Source: Podospora anserina (taxonomy: Eukaryota). From it: DNA of 64,000 nt. The position numbers and the translations under genes are program-made. This document shows, piece by piece, positions 47,063 through 58,787 of this stretch. The notes beneath the pieces were generated by a model, which had not been told where the DNA came from, made no database searches, and worked only from the letters and a program-made list of their open reading frames with translations. The DNA lies in the NCBI GenBank assembly GCA_017654855.1, contig CM030332.1:3596001-3660000 (forward strand), written 5' to 3'. Position 1 is the stretch's first letter; each line of letters begins with the position of its first letter.

Positions 47063-49801
47063 ATGGCCGGCTCACAGTTGAAGAGGCTTAAGGCCTCCCT
47101 GAAGGACCAAGGAATTATCGGTCCCCAGAAATCCAAGAAGCAGAAGCGCCAAAATGCCCAAGATGCCAAGGCGTCCAACGAGAAGCGCATCCAGCGACAT
47201 GAAGCCCTGGCCAGCATCCGCGAGCAGTTCAACCCCTTCCAGTTCAAGACAAATGCCAGAGGCCCCAAGTTTGAGGTTACCACCAACAAGCCCGTCAGCA
47301 GCAGGGAGGCTATGGGTATCAGCGGTCGACCCGGGTTGACCAAGGCGAAAGGCGAGGAGAGACGGCGTGAGACTATCCTTGTTGAGATGCAACGGAGGAA
47401 CAAGGTCGGCGGTCTGATCGATAGACGTTTCGGTGAAGACGATCCCAACATGTCGCTCGAGGACAAGATGATCGAAAGATATACCCGCGAACAGCAACGG
47501 TCTCACAAGAAGCACTCTGCGTTCGACTTGGAAGACGATGAGGAAATGGGAGGACTTACTCACATGGGCAAGCCGCTTTTCGACAATGATGACGCTCCGA
47601 AGTATCTTAAAGACGATTTTGAGGAGGATGTTGGTTCAGGCGATGAATCCGAAGGTTCGCAGACCGATAGGCGTGCACTGAAGAGGCAGCGTCTAGAGGG
47701 AGCTCTCGAGGCCGTGGGCGAACAGGAGGAAGGGCAACCAGAAAGAAAGAAAACCAAGAAGGAAATTTACGAGGAAATTATCGCCAAGTCCAAGCTTCAC
47801 AAAGAGTTGCGACAGGAGGCTAAAGAGGAGGATAACGAGCTCAGAGCTGAAATCGATGAGGCCATGAGGGATCTGCGACCACTACTCTTCGACAGGATAA
47901 AGCCACCTGCCAAAAGTGACAAGCCCACTCTTGTGATTGCTGGAAAGGATCAGGCTACCCTTGACAGGGAGTATGATATCCAGGTGAAGCGGATGGCGTC
48001 CGACAAGCGCGCGGCGCCTACTGACAAGATGAAGACGGAAGAAGAGAAGGCAGCAGAGGAAGCGAACAGGCTAAAGAAGCTCGAGGAGGACCGCCTGAAG
48101 CGTATGCGCGGAGAGAAGGTTTCAGATGACGAACAGGAGAGCGATGACGAGAACAAGCAGGGCGGAGATGACGATTTCGATGCCATGGATGTTGAGGACG
48201 CGGATGAGTTTGGGCTCGGGCAGGGAATTGCTGGAAAGGCCAAAAAATACCGACCGACTGCGACCGAGCTGGGATTCGACGACGAAGACGATTTCCTCAT
48301 TGATGATGATTTGGTCGCCAGCGGTTCAGAGTTGGAGTTCGACAGTGATGACGAGGGCGAGGAGAGCGACGAGGACGAGGAGTCAGGTTCTGACTCTGGC
48401 TCTGAGGAAGAAGACAGCGACGATGACGAGTTCACCAAGGGGTTATTAACAGAATCCGAGGCGAAGCAAGGCATCTTTCGGTTACCCACCAACAACACCA
48501 AAGGCTCCGATGAGAATGGTGTCCCATACACCTTCCCCTGTCCCCAGAACCACGACGAGCTCCTCGAGATCTTCAAGGGCATCGACGTGAAACAGCTCCC
48601 GGTCGCCACCCAACGCATCAGAGCCCTCCACCACCCAAAACTCGCCAGCGACAACAAGGAGCGCCTCGGTAACTTTGCACAGGCCCTCGTTCGTCACGTC
48701 AACTACCTCGGAAACCAGTACCAGCCTACCTGGGCCGCGGCTCTGGAAGGCCTGACAAGACACATCCACTCCCTAGCCAAGAGCTTCCCCATCGAAGTCG
48801 CCAAGGGCTATCGTTCTATCATCCAAGAGATGGAGCAGTCCCGCCCTCTGGCCCTCACAGTCGGCGACCTGATCACTCTCACCGGAGCAGGCACCACCTT
48901 CCCTACGTCGGACCACTTCCACCAGGTTGTCACCCCAGCCATGATCGTCATCGCGAGGTATCTCGGCCAAAAGATACCGCAGTCCCTCTCCGACTACGCC
49001 ACCGGCACGTTCCTGGCCATCCTTGCACTCCAATATCAGCAATTCTCCAAGCGCTACGTACCAGAGGTTATGAACTTCACCCTCAACACCCTCTGCGCCT
49101 TGGCCCCCTCAGCCAGGGCCTTTACCCCCAACACAATCGGGTTCTTCCCCATCCACGACCCCCCCGCTGGAACTCGCCTTCCTACATCCCTTCCCGCCGA
49201 CGCCTCCGCAGCAAGAAAACTCACCTTTTCCGACTGCCTCCCTTCTAACCAACCCTCCTTGGAGCTCAAACTATCCCTCTTCACCACCACCCTCTCCCTC
49301 CTCACCAGCGCCTCCACCCTCTGGTCCCAAACCTCCTCCTTTACCGAAACCTTCTCCCCCGCCCTTCCCATCCTCTCCTCCATTCCCAAATCTCTTTCTC
49401 CTGCCATCCAGTCCCTCCAGCAGCACCTCACCCGTCTGTTGCAGATCTCCCGCCTCTCCCGCCGCCCACTAGAACTGCACCACCACCGTCCCCTGGCGAT
49501 AAGGACCTACATCCCCAAGTTTGAAGATTCGTTTGACCCGAACAAGCACTACGATCCTGATCGTGAGAGGGCGGAGCTGGCCAAGTTGAAGAAGGAGCAC
49601 AAGCGGGAGAGGAAGGGTGCGCTGAGGGAGCTGAGGAAGGACAATGCTTTTATGGCGAGGGAGAACTTACGGGTGAAGAAGGAGAAGGACGCGGCGTACG
49701 AGAAGAAGTATAAGAGGTTGGTGGCAGAGATTCAGGGGACCGAGGGGCAGGCGGCGAATGCGTATGAGAGGGAGAAGGCTCTCAGGAAGAAGAAGAGGTA
49801 G
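47063..49801 (+). CDS. NOP14: Nucleolar protein Nop14 (40S biogenesis), intronless, 912 aa
   Basis: MAGSQLKRLK, NKVGGLIDRRFGEDDP, EIIAKSK, TSDHFHQVVTPA, YIPKFEDSFDP and KRERKGALRELRKD. Confidence 0.95.
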   Translation: MAGSQLKRLKASLKDQGIIGPQKSKKQKRQNAQDAKASNEKRIQRHEALASIREQFNPFQFKTNARGPKFEVTTNKPVSSREAMGISGRPGLTKAKGEERRRETILVEMQRRNKVGGLIDRRFGEDDPNMSLEDKMIERYTREQQRSHKKHSAFDLEDDEEMGGLTHMGKPLFDNDDAPKYLKDDFEEDVGSGDESEGSQTDRRALKRQRLEGALEAVGEQEEGQPERKKTKKEIYEEIIAKSKLHKELRQEAKEEDNELRAEIDEAMRDLRPLLFDRIKPPAKSDKPTLVIAGKDQATLDREYDIQVKRMASDKRAAPTDKMKTEEEKAAEEANRLKKLEEDRLKRMRGEKVSDDEQESDDENKQGGDDDFDAMDVEDADEFGLGQGIAGKAKKYRPTATELGFDDEDDFLIDDDLVASGSELEFDSDDEGEESDEDEESGSDSGSEEEDSDDDEFTKGLLTESEAKQGIFRLPTNNTKGSDENGVPYTFPCPQNHDELLEIFKGIDVKQLPVATQRIRALHHPKLASDNKERLGNFAQALVRHVNYLGNQYQPTWAAALEGLTRHIHSLAKSFPIEVAKGYRSIIQEMEQSRPLALTVGDLITLTGAGTTFPTSDHFHQVVTPAMIVIARYLGQKIPQSLSDYATGTFLAILALQYQQFSKRYVPEVMNFTLNTLCALAPSARAFTPNTIGFFPIHDPPAGTRLPTSLPADASAARKLTFSDCLPSNQPSLELKLSLFTTTLSLLTSASTLWSQTSSFTETFSPALPILSSIPKSLSPAIQSLQQHLTRLLQISRLSRRPLELHHHRPLAIRTYIPKFEDSFDPNKHYDPDRERAELAKLKKEHKRERKGALRELRKDNAFMARENLRVKKEKDAAYEKKYKRLVAEIQGTEGQAANAYEREKALRKKKR

Positions 49802-50015
49802 ATTTGATGGAATGATAGAGATGTGTTTTTGGTTGTTGAGTTGCATTCAACAGCATATGTATTGTTTGCGGGGAAATATAATTCAGTTTTTTTAGTCCCC
49901 CGAATAATTGCGTCTGGTTTCTCTTCGATGGGCAATAACGTCGTTCTTGGAAATGTGTCGCTCAGAACGTTGTCCATCTATCATTCAAGCTACTACCAAC
50001 AACTACGTGTATTGC

Positions 50016-51642
50016 TCAATCAAAATCGCTCATCTTCCTCAGCGACTCGGTAGTATACAGCAACTTTTGCATCTCCTCCCCGTTGAGCTCTGTCTCTCCG
50101 GCCGGGACATCCACGACAGGCTTCTGATCCCACGAGTCGGGGCCATTCCTGGTCAAGACCAGGAAGGGTGCCGCCGCGTCAGGCTTCCCCTCGGTTGTGT
50201 CGATACTCACGAGGAGGTTGTCGTTGGGTAGAAGCTCGACGTCTAGCGGGACACCTTGCTCCTTGAGGGAATAGGTAGCAGTGTGCTTAAGCGTGTCTTC
50301 TACAAGTGTGAAAAGAACCACAGCGGGGATTCTACATATCGTTAGCATTTCTAAAAGTATGATGTGCAATCAAAAGGGGGACATACTTCTCGCAGATGAC
50401 AGCTACCACTGTTTCCCCAGAGGCAAGAGAAAGCCCCTTCAGTCTCGAAACAGCAACCTTTGTCAGCTCAGGCTCAATAGTATTCTTGATCTCTTCAAGA
50501 ATATTCGCCCTCCCAAGCAACTGCTTCTCCTTCCACCTCCATAGAAAAACATCATCATCCCCACCACCCGAAACAAGCAGCTCTTCCCGGCCGGGGACGA
50601 CACATAACCTGCTGACAAAATCCTCGTGCCCAAGGCAGAACCCCTCAATGAAATAAGCCTGGGGAATCCCCCGCGAGACACGGACGTGCTCGTCTCTGTC
50701 GGCGGTGATGATCCATTCTCTTTTCTCGCCTGTCGCGCCGATTCCAGGGGCGACGGTGATGGCTGTGAGCATAGAGACATGACCCAACAGCAAGGTGTGC
50801 TCAAACGCCGGTTGGGATTCCTCGGCGGATTTCTCGGCGGCGGCTTTGAGGGAGAGTTCCATGGAAATCTTTTGGTTCTCGAGAGCCTTGAGGTTGCGCT
50901 TGGTGTGGACTGTCTTGTCGTTGGCTTGGGGCTTGAAGGGGATAGGTGCCGAGGCAGGGGTGGCGCTGCGTGAGGGGAGTGATTGGACTGTTGGGGGGAG
51001 GGTGGGTTCTGCGGATGGGAGGAGGGGGAGGGCGTAGACGTCTCCGAATTTGTCGGCGGAGAGGATTGTCTTTTGGTCGGTGGTGAGGGTGAGGGAGCAG
51101 GGGCGTTTTGGCATGGCTCTGTTAACATGGGTTAGCTACTATAGACAACATGAGGGGCGGTTAAGGGGTGAGTACCTCTGGCTGAGTTGCTTGAGATTCC
51201 CGGAACCATCGTGCTCGAATACCCAGATCGTCTTGTCGGAGCCAGTAGCGGCGATTACATGACTGCCATTGGCAGTGGCGAGGAGGCAGTTGATGAAAGG
51301 CTTCTCGTTCGATAGGTTGACGGGTTGTGGCTTGTTGTGAAACCTGCCCTTCTTTTGACCGTTGGTTGAGTTGGGGGTGCCGGCATCGCCAGCCTGGGCC
51401 TCCTTTTCATCATTCTCTGTTCTCCTACGCTTGGTCGGGGGACCTTCTGGCGTTGGAGGGGCCTCAACAGTGGCAGAGGCTTCAGCATCGGCAGCAAGTT
51501 CACTTGGGGTCTCAGTGGCCTTCACTGGATACTTCCAGGTTGAGAGGTGCTCCATAGAGGTGTTGAAGGAGAGAATATCAACCTCCTGGGCAGCAAAAAT
51601 TACGCTGCCCGAGGCCTGAAGAAGATGATAGGGGACAATCAT
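50016..51642 (-). CDS. TRM82: tRNA m7G46 methyltransferase WD40 subunit Trm82; complement(join(50016..50331,50387..51118,51176..51642)), 504 aa
   Basis: RAMPKRPCS, ADKFGDVY, LLLGHVSMLT, IITADRDEHVRVS, FCLGHEDFVS and LLVSGGGDD. Introns of 57 and 55 nt. Confidence 0.93.
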
Positions 51643-51751
51643 GGTGAGAGTGGCTGATATGAGTGGTGAGAATGTTCAAGCCACAACAGGTTCACACTTG
51701 ATGCTCAAGTGGTCAAATCAAGAGATATTAGGTGTTAAAACCACAGGATAT

Positions 51752-51801
51752 CTGTTAGTAATGTTAGGACGAGCCATTTTGATACTCAGGAGGAATCTTA
51801 C
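51752..51801 (-). other. Putative 50-nt intron in the TRM82 5' leader
   Basis: Minus strand reads GTAAGA...CTAACATTACTAACAG, a near-perfect donor, branch point and acceptor, 109 nt upstream of the ATG. An in-frame TGA between the acceptor and the ATG rules out a coding extension. Confidence 0.6.
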
Positions 51802-52347
51802 CGTGCTCAATTGCTTCAAGCAGATATCTCCAATGCAGTGAAGCTTGAGTCAATCCACTTCGGTTGCTGGACTTAGAAGAATTTGTCTGGAGCTTGGGGA
51901 TGTCAGCCACAGGTGGCTTGTGCTTCAACGTCAAGCTTCAAACACCTGTGGAACCGGGCGCAGCTTTTCTCTCCAGTTCGTTCCCTCCCAAGAACAAGGA
52001 TGTCACTTTGATCTCAGCACCTAGCAAGACCGGAATTACCTGCCGCCGTGAAGATGCTCTCTGATGTCCGTCTTTTTCGAAGCTTGACGCAGAAGCTTGT
52101 ACCTCTGCACTTTCTTATCGATAAGGCGTGGGGCAGTTCGAGCATCTGGAGCTCTCTGATTGGCCCTACCAGCTTAAACCCTAGGCGGGAGCGGGCCCCC
52201 ACAGGCTAAGCGGATTGTGCGAAAATCCGGAGGCTGCTTAGGTTCTTTTTTGGTAAAACCACCATCGCGAGTTCTCCTCTCCTCCTTGTTTCCGCATCAC
52301 CAACAATAAACCGCCCTTAAACAACCTAGCTTCCAGCAAAAGAAGAC

Positions 52348-53400
52348 ATGGGGGGCAAGAGCGCTAACAAGGCTGGCTACTTCGACAAGCTCAAGGGCTT
52401 GTTGGAGGAGTACAAGTCCATCTTCATCGTCTCCGTCGACAATGTCTCGTCTCAGCAGATGCACGAGATTCGCCAGGCCCTCCGCGATCAGGGTGTGGTC
52501 CTGATGGGCAAGAACACCATGGTATGAGATGGCGACCCAGATCAGCAAAGAAATCGATACTAATGGAGCCAAACAGGTTCGCCGTGCCCTCAAGACCTTC
52601 CTGGTCGACTCCCCCGAGTACGAGCGCCTCCTCCCCTTCGTCAAGGGCAACGTTGGTTTCGTCTTCACCAACGGTGACCTCAAGGAGATCCGTGACAAGA
52701 TCCTCGCCAACAAGGTCGCCGCCCCCGCTCGTGCTGGTGCCGTCGCCCCCGTCGATGTCTGGATTCCCGCTGGCAACACTGGTATGGAACCCGGCAAGAC
52801 CTCTTTCTTCCAGGCCCTCGGTGTCCCCACCAAGATTGCCCGTGGTACCATTGAAATCACCACCGATCTCAAGCTCGTCGAGGCTGGCGCCAAGGTCGGC
52901 CCCTCCGAGGCTACCCTGTTGAACATGCTCAACATCTCTCCCTTCACCTACGGTATGGGCATCGCTCAGGTCTACGACCAGGGCAACACCTTCCCCAGCT
53001 CCGTCCTCGATATCAGCGAGGAGCAGCTCCTGAAGGCCTTCTCCAGCGCCATTACCACCATTGCCGCTGTCTCCCTGGCCCTCAACTTCCCCACTCTCCC
53101 CTCCGTCATCCACTCCCTTGTCAACAGCTACAAGAAGGTTCTCGCTGTTGCCATCGAGACCGAGATCAGCTGGCCCGAGATTGAGGAGCTCAAGGACCGC
53201 ATTGCCAACCCCGAGGCCTATGCTGCCGCCGCCCCTGTCGCCGCTGCTGACTCTGGCGCCGCCGCCGGTGGTGCTGCCGCTGAGGAGGAGAAGGAGGAGG
53301 AGGAGGAGTCCGACGAGGAGGGTGGCTTCGGCGATCTCTTGTATGTGTTTTCTGTTTGTGTCTGTGTGGAACTTCTGCTAACCATTCTCCCAGCGGTTAA
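52348..53400 (+). CDS. RPP0: 60S acidic ribosomal protein P0 (uL10); join(52348..52521,52577..53340,53394..53400), 314 aa
   Basis: [57 protein letters not shown], an Ala-rich hinge and an acidic tail. Strong codon bias. Introns of 55 and 53 nt. Confidence 0.97.
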
Positions 53401-53943
53401 ATGTTGTAACGACGTCATGACGGCGCTTGTGGACTGGCAATTTTGGTTTGGGTCCGGTAAAGGTTTTATGAATCGATACCCGAATCTAGATAGATCATTT
53501 GCTGGTCAATTGAGCACTCTGAAGATGGACATACAAAGGATTTTTGAACTGCAATGTAGTGACTGCCCAAACAGTCTACTTGCTGCTTCCCAGATACTGG
53601 TTAGTACCCCCCTTTTCTTTCTTTTTTTTCTTTTTTCGCAGCACAGCCCCCCCAAGTGTCGATGATTATGAAAAATGACAAAGAGCTTTTTAACCCTGAT
53701 CTTATTGATGAGAAACCCATACAACAACGTATGAGACACAATCACTTACCATTTTGTTTACACAATTTATTCTCTTTGGGTATCAAGACTAACATGAGTA
53801 CCAGATCAAACAGGTTATTCATCCCACGATTTTGCCGTCTTTTGCCCTTGGTGACATGTGTTTCATACAAATACAATATTTATCCATCCTACAAGTGCTT
53901 CGTTCCTTTTGCTCCTGTGATGTGACATTGTTTTTTATGCCTT

Positions 53944-56900
53944 CTATAGCCCATTCCTTTCTAACACTTCTCTTGCAACTTGAATAGCCTTGTCAGGCAA
54001 CCCAGCCAACCTCGCGACCTTGAGCGCGTGACTCGTCCTGTTGACGCCCTTTTGGAGTTTGTGCACATAGACGAACCCCCCGTTTTCGTCTTCTTCCACA
54101 TCGGTACAGTACATCTCCACCGCTCCATCCTGCCCCCCGTCTTGGACGGTCAGGTTTTGTTCTTTGATCAAACCGGCGATGTCGTGGAAGTGAGTAGCGA
54201 ATAACGCACGACATCTGTTGACCTTGACGAGGTGGTGGAGGGAGGCGAAGGCGACGGCGGTTCCGTCTTGTGGCGTTGTACCCCGGCCGATCTCGTCCAT
54301 GATGACGAAGGAGCGGGGGGTGGCCTGGCGGAGGATGGTGGAGGTCTCGAGCATCTCGACCATGAAGGTGGACTGGGAGGCGTAGAGGTTGTCCGAGGAG
54401 CCGAGGCGGGAGAAGATTGCGTCGACCAGGCCGAGCTGGGCGTGGTCTGCTGGGATGAAGGAGCCGATCTGGGAGAGGATCGTGATGAGGGCGGACTGAC
54501 GGAGGAAGGTGGATTTGCCGGCCATGTTTGGGCCGGTGACGAGCCAGATGCGGCCGTGTTGGGAAGGGGATGAGGGGGGGGAGGAAAGGAAAAGGTCGTT
54601 CTTGGTAAAAGTGCGGCCTTGTTCTTGGAGGGCGGACTCGACGGTGGGGTGCCGACCTCCTACTATTATTGTGGCGGTGGAGGTGTTCAGGATGGGGCGG
54701 ACGAGGTTTTTCTCTCGGGCTAGCGAGGCGAAGGAGGTGAGGACGTCTAGCTCGTCTAGCACGGCGGCGTTCCGTCGTAACTTTACCAGATTCAAAATCA
54801 CCGACTGTCGCAACGACGCAAAAACGCGGGATTCTTCTGCTCTGATAGCGAGGCGGGTTTGGGAGAGGGAGTCACCCAACGATGACCAGGCCGGGTGGTG
54901 AAAGGAGCGGGTGCTGCGGGAGGTGGAGAGGGTCCTGATGGAAGGGGTGTCAGAGACAGGGGAGGAGAGAGAGTCCCGACCTTTGACGTGGCAGATGTGC
55001 CCTAGCTGGGGTGTCCATTTCAAGGTCAGGGATGGGAGGTTCAGCTCCCGACGGAGAGACAGGCAGAGCTCTTCCTTTTGGGATTTGAGACTGGCGAGTT
55101 GTTTGTGCAGTGAGCTCAAAAGGCGGGAGGCGCGGGGTTGCATGATGAAGAGTTCTGCTTCTTCCGAGTAGTGGTCCCGTATTGAAGGTATCTTCCTCCG
55201 GTTGGGTTTTTGGGAAGGGGAAGAAGAAGAGGGGAGCCGGGATTTGGGGAGGATGGTTCCGTCTTCTTCTGTGGCTTCGGAAGAAACGATTTCTTGGGCG
55301 AGAGAGAGGAGCTCGCCGGCGCGGGAGTCTTCTAGTTGGTGTTGCTGGACTAGGTTTTCTTCATCGATGGCGGAGCGGATGGAGTGGGCTAGTTTGAGGG
55401 GGGATTTGAGGGAGATGCGGGAGAGGAGGGTGGCGAGGGGGTCCTCGTCTTCTTCTTCTTCCTCCGGGGTGGCATCTTCTTCTGGTGGTGCTGGTTTGGC
55501 TTCTTCGGGTTGGGAGGCTATGGAGGCTTCAAGGAGGGCGACTATGTCCTCTGTTGATTTGATTGTGCTGGCTAGCTGGAGTAGGTCATCGGCATCGCCG
55601 CGGTTGAGGGCGAACTTTTGGACGAGGCGCTGGGAGTCATGGCTTCTGCGGAGAAGGACGATGATGGCATCTCGAAGTTCTTCGTCTTGAATGAAGCGTT
55701 CTACCAGGTCAAGTCTGGCGTTGATGGCTTTGAGTGATGTTGACGGGAAACCTAGGAGACAAATTAAGCTGATGGCCCTGAATGCTGAAAGAAAACAAAT
55801 GCATACTCAGCCACTGGTTGAGAAGCCGGGCGCCACTCTTGGTTGCCGTTCGCCTGATGGCGTACAACAAGCTCCCCTTAAACGTGCCATCCCGGACAGT
55901 CTCCTTAATTTCAAGTGACCGCATGGTATTCTTGTCAATATTCATCACCTCCATGTTTACATGGCGAACCGGTGGCTGGAGCTTCATGCTCAGCCCCTGA
56001 AGCCGATCTCCCACGTAGTGGAGCAGCAGACTCCCGGCATCTACTTCCTCCTCTGTAAACTTTTTGGCCTCCTTCGCCGGGATTTTACCCTCCAGCATGG
56101 GCTGCCAGTCGTCTAGCGACTGAAACTCACCTTGGGGAGAGTACGTCACCAGGTAGCTCTCCTCCTGCAGGATAGACGCGATCCCCTGATCCTCGGCAGA
56201 CTCGAGGGCCTTGTCCAGAACAACCTCCCGAGGGGACACCCGAGACAGCACGGAGCCGAGCGATGCTAGAGTGGCCGGCTGAGTGAAGAAATAGCCGGTC
56301 GACAGATCCAGCCATGCTAGACCGATATGGGTCGGGACATCATCGGCCGGGTCTGGCGTGTTGATGGCTTGCTGTCCCGCTTGGCGGCTCACATGGTCCG
56401 ATAATTCCGCTTTCTCGGGCAGATGAACAGCCATTACATAGTTGTTTGCATAAGGATCCATGAAGTTCTCATCGATGAGGGTGCCGGGAGTGACAATACG
56501 GGCCACTCGACGGTCATGCATCAACCCACCAGACCTGATCTTGGACGAGGCATCGTTGGGGAACTCTTCAGCAATGGCTACATGGCGGTTGAGGTCTTGG
56601 ACCAAGATCTTGAGAAAGCGATCCAGCTGGAAGAATGGAAAGCCGGCCTGGGCAACACACGAACAGTCATCAGATACAAGCTGGAACTAACTACAAGGAC
56701 GGACGGATGGAACATGGCACAATAAAGATAAATACCATGGATACGGGGCCGGCGTTTGTCTTCTTCTGTGAGACTTTGAGGTTGAGGAGCGGGCCGTACT
56801 CATCGGCGTGCTCGAAGTACAGCTCGTAGAAGCCGCCGACACGGGTGAGCAGCACGCAATTGTCAAACTTCTGCATGTTGCGGCGGGCCTGCTGCACCAC

Positions 56901-57212
56901 TGTCGGGTACTGGGGCTCGTCATCTTGTTCCACTGGAGCCGGCGTCTCTGGTGGTACGATCAGCCCCTGTGGCAGCTCGTCCAGCTTGACGACGGTAGTT
57001 TTCTTGCCGCGGAGCTGAAGGTGTTGCAAGGGAGCCAGACGAGCCGCACGCGTTCCAGACGCAGCAGAGGGTCCAGAAAACAAGGCCGTGGTTACATGTC
57101 GGACACCACACCGCCCGACGGTGGCGGGACCACAGCGCGCGTGGCAGCGAGTTGTCTGGGCGAGACACGCTATCCGGAGGCGAGGAACTGGTGGTGGTCG
57201 CGAGGACAGCAT
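53944..57212 (-). CDS. MSH1: Mitochondrial MutS homologue Msh1; complement(join(53944..55751,55807..56647,56736..57212)), 1041 aa
   Basis: Arg-rich presequence-like N-terminus, LLTRVGGFYELY, MAGFPFFQLDRFLKILV, RIVTPGTLIDE, Walker A GPNMAGKST, STFMVEM, MDEIGRGT and LFATHF. The frame 55749-55144 was checked manually and is stop-free. Confidence 0.93.
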
Positions 57213-57461
57213 CAGGAGAAGAGAATAATCAGGATTGGTTGTTGACGAGGCGACAACGTGATGGAAATTCTAGTGTTAAGAGTTGTCCTGTAAAATCCGA
57301 GAATTCTTGGCGATGCGGCGGGCGGAATCCCCCGCAGACACTGACTGGGCAGGGGTTTATTCTGGAGTGGCTTTCCAGGGGACCAAAAGCTTCTTTTGTT
57401 GCAATTCTCTCAGGTCTTCCCAGTGGTTGTCGCGGAAACCCCCTTTGAATTCGCTGGCCAC

Positions 57462-57508
57462 AAAAAAAAAAAAACCAAAAAAAAAAAAAAAAAAAAAACG
57501 GAAAAAAC

Positions 57509-57543
<35 letters not shown>
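57462..57543. repeat. About 80-nt interrupted poly(dA) tract
   Basis: A-runs broken only by CC/CGG, about 250 nt upstream of the MSH1 ATG. Confidence 0.9.
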
Positions 57544-57544
<1 letters not shown>

Positions 57545-58787
57545 CGACAACCGGCAGAAAAGGCATGCAGCACAGCGCACAGCCCCCAGCCTTCAGCCCT
57601 ACGAGAATTCATGAAAAAAAGGCAAACTTCGGTCAGCCCAGGTGTGGGTTCTGACGACCGACCTTCACCTGCCCCGCGGTGGTGAGAGGCGTCTTGCCTG
57701 ATCTAGTCAAGCTTCGATGTCTTGGAAAGCGGGCATGGGCCCATTCGCGGTCTGGATCATGTGTTTGTTGCTGAGAGACGACATCTGCGAATCATGCACC
57801 TCCAACAATGCAGCAAACGTGTTTTTTATCTCAACAACCAAACACCGAAAAATAGACAAGACAGACACGAAGGGTTAAAATTGGCCCGAAAAACCACCTG
57901 CCGATGGCCACCTAGCAAATCCCGGCAATTTGGCAGGGCCTGTTCCCCGGAAGACGGGATATCTGTTGTCGACGTTTCATTGATACAGGTAGGATGGAAG
58001 CTGTCTAGCTGCCTAACTGCTGTGTAATGGTGGAGGAGTAGGTATCCGTACATTACAGCACGCAAGATGGGGGTGGGATGCAGCTTCAGACGAACGTGGA
58101 TGATGCCTCTTCTCATCATTGATTAAATCCGAAGAGGACAAAGTGCCCTGGCCTGGCATGATTAAGGGTGGCCCGATGGTGCTCTCGAGCTGGGCAGTCC
58201 CCCTGATGGCGATTTGCCAGCCGCCGTCGGTATCGACCGATTTTGGCCTGCTTCTGCCATCATACCCACGCTTCCCGACCTGGTCCTCAGCCCATTTTTC
58301 CATGCTCCGCCCGCCAACCCCAGTCGAACCGAGCTTATCATGCTTCTGCCCATTGCCAAACCAAACATGCCAGGTTGTGCACCCGACTCTGGATGCCGTT
58401 CCTTTCTCGAAAAAAGTAGCATCCAGGAACTGGTTCCATAGCCAACGTCACTTCACCAGGGTTCCCTTACCTAGCCGTGTTATTCAAGTATTATTCAGTA
58501 TCAAAGGACTGTAGGTCAAGGTATAAGACGCTCTCGTCGCTCTCCCCCTCCCCACCTGCGGGGCTTCTTCTTCGAAAGATACTTTCATCTCTTGCTTGAT
58601 ACCCTATCTATCCATCATCTATTTTTATTCTCCGGGCTTTCCCCAACTTATTCGATCCGAGATTATCTGTCGCAAATTGTCGCTTCCCCTCTTATGAGCG
58701 CGAACAGTATCGAACGACACTCGAGGACCGTGCAACATCAGCAAGCAACCACACACACTTACCTCCACAATAAATCACAAACCGGTC

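Noticed and set aside
3543..53400. Stop-codon readthrough to cryptic peroxisomal signals
   Set aside because: I checked several stops (P450, KEL3, URH1, NOP14, VPS71, TRM82). None has a TGA-CTA context, and no SKL-like end was seen in the extensions I read.
55144..55751. Apparent gap in MSH1 in the ORF track
   Set aside because: Manual translation shows an open frame that simply lacks start codons; the gene is intact.
58013..58447. About 145-codon open minus-strand frame upstream of the 58788 gene
   Set aside because: No recognisable domain or codon bias; lies in probable promoter DNA.
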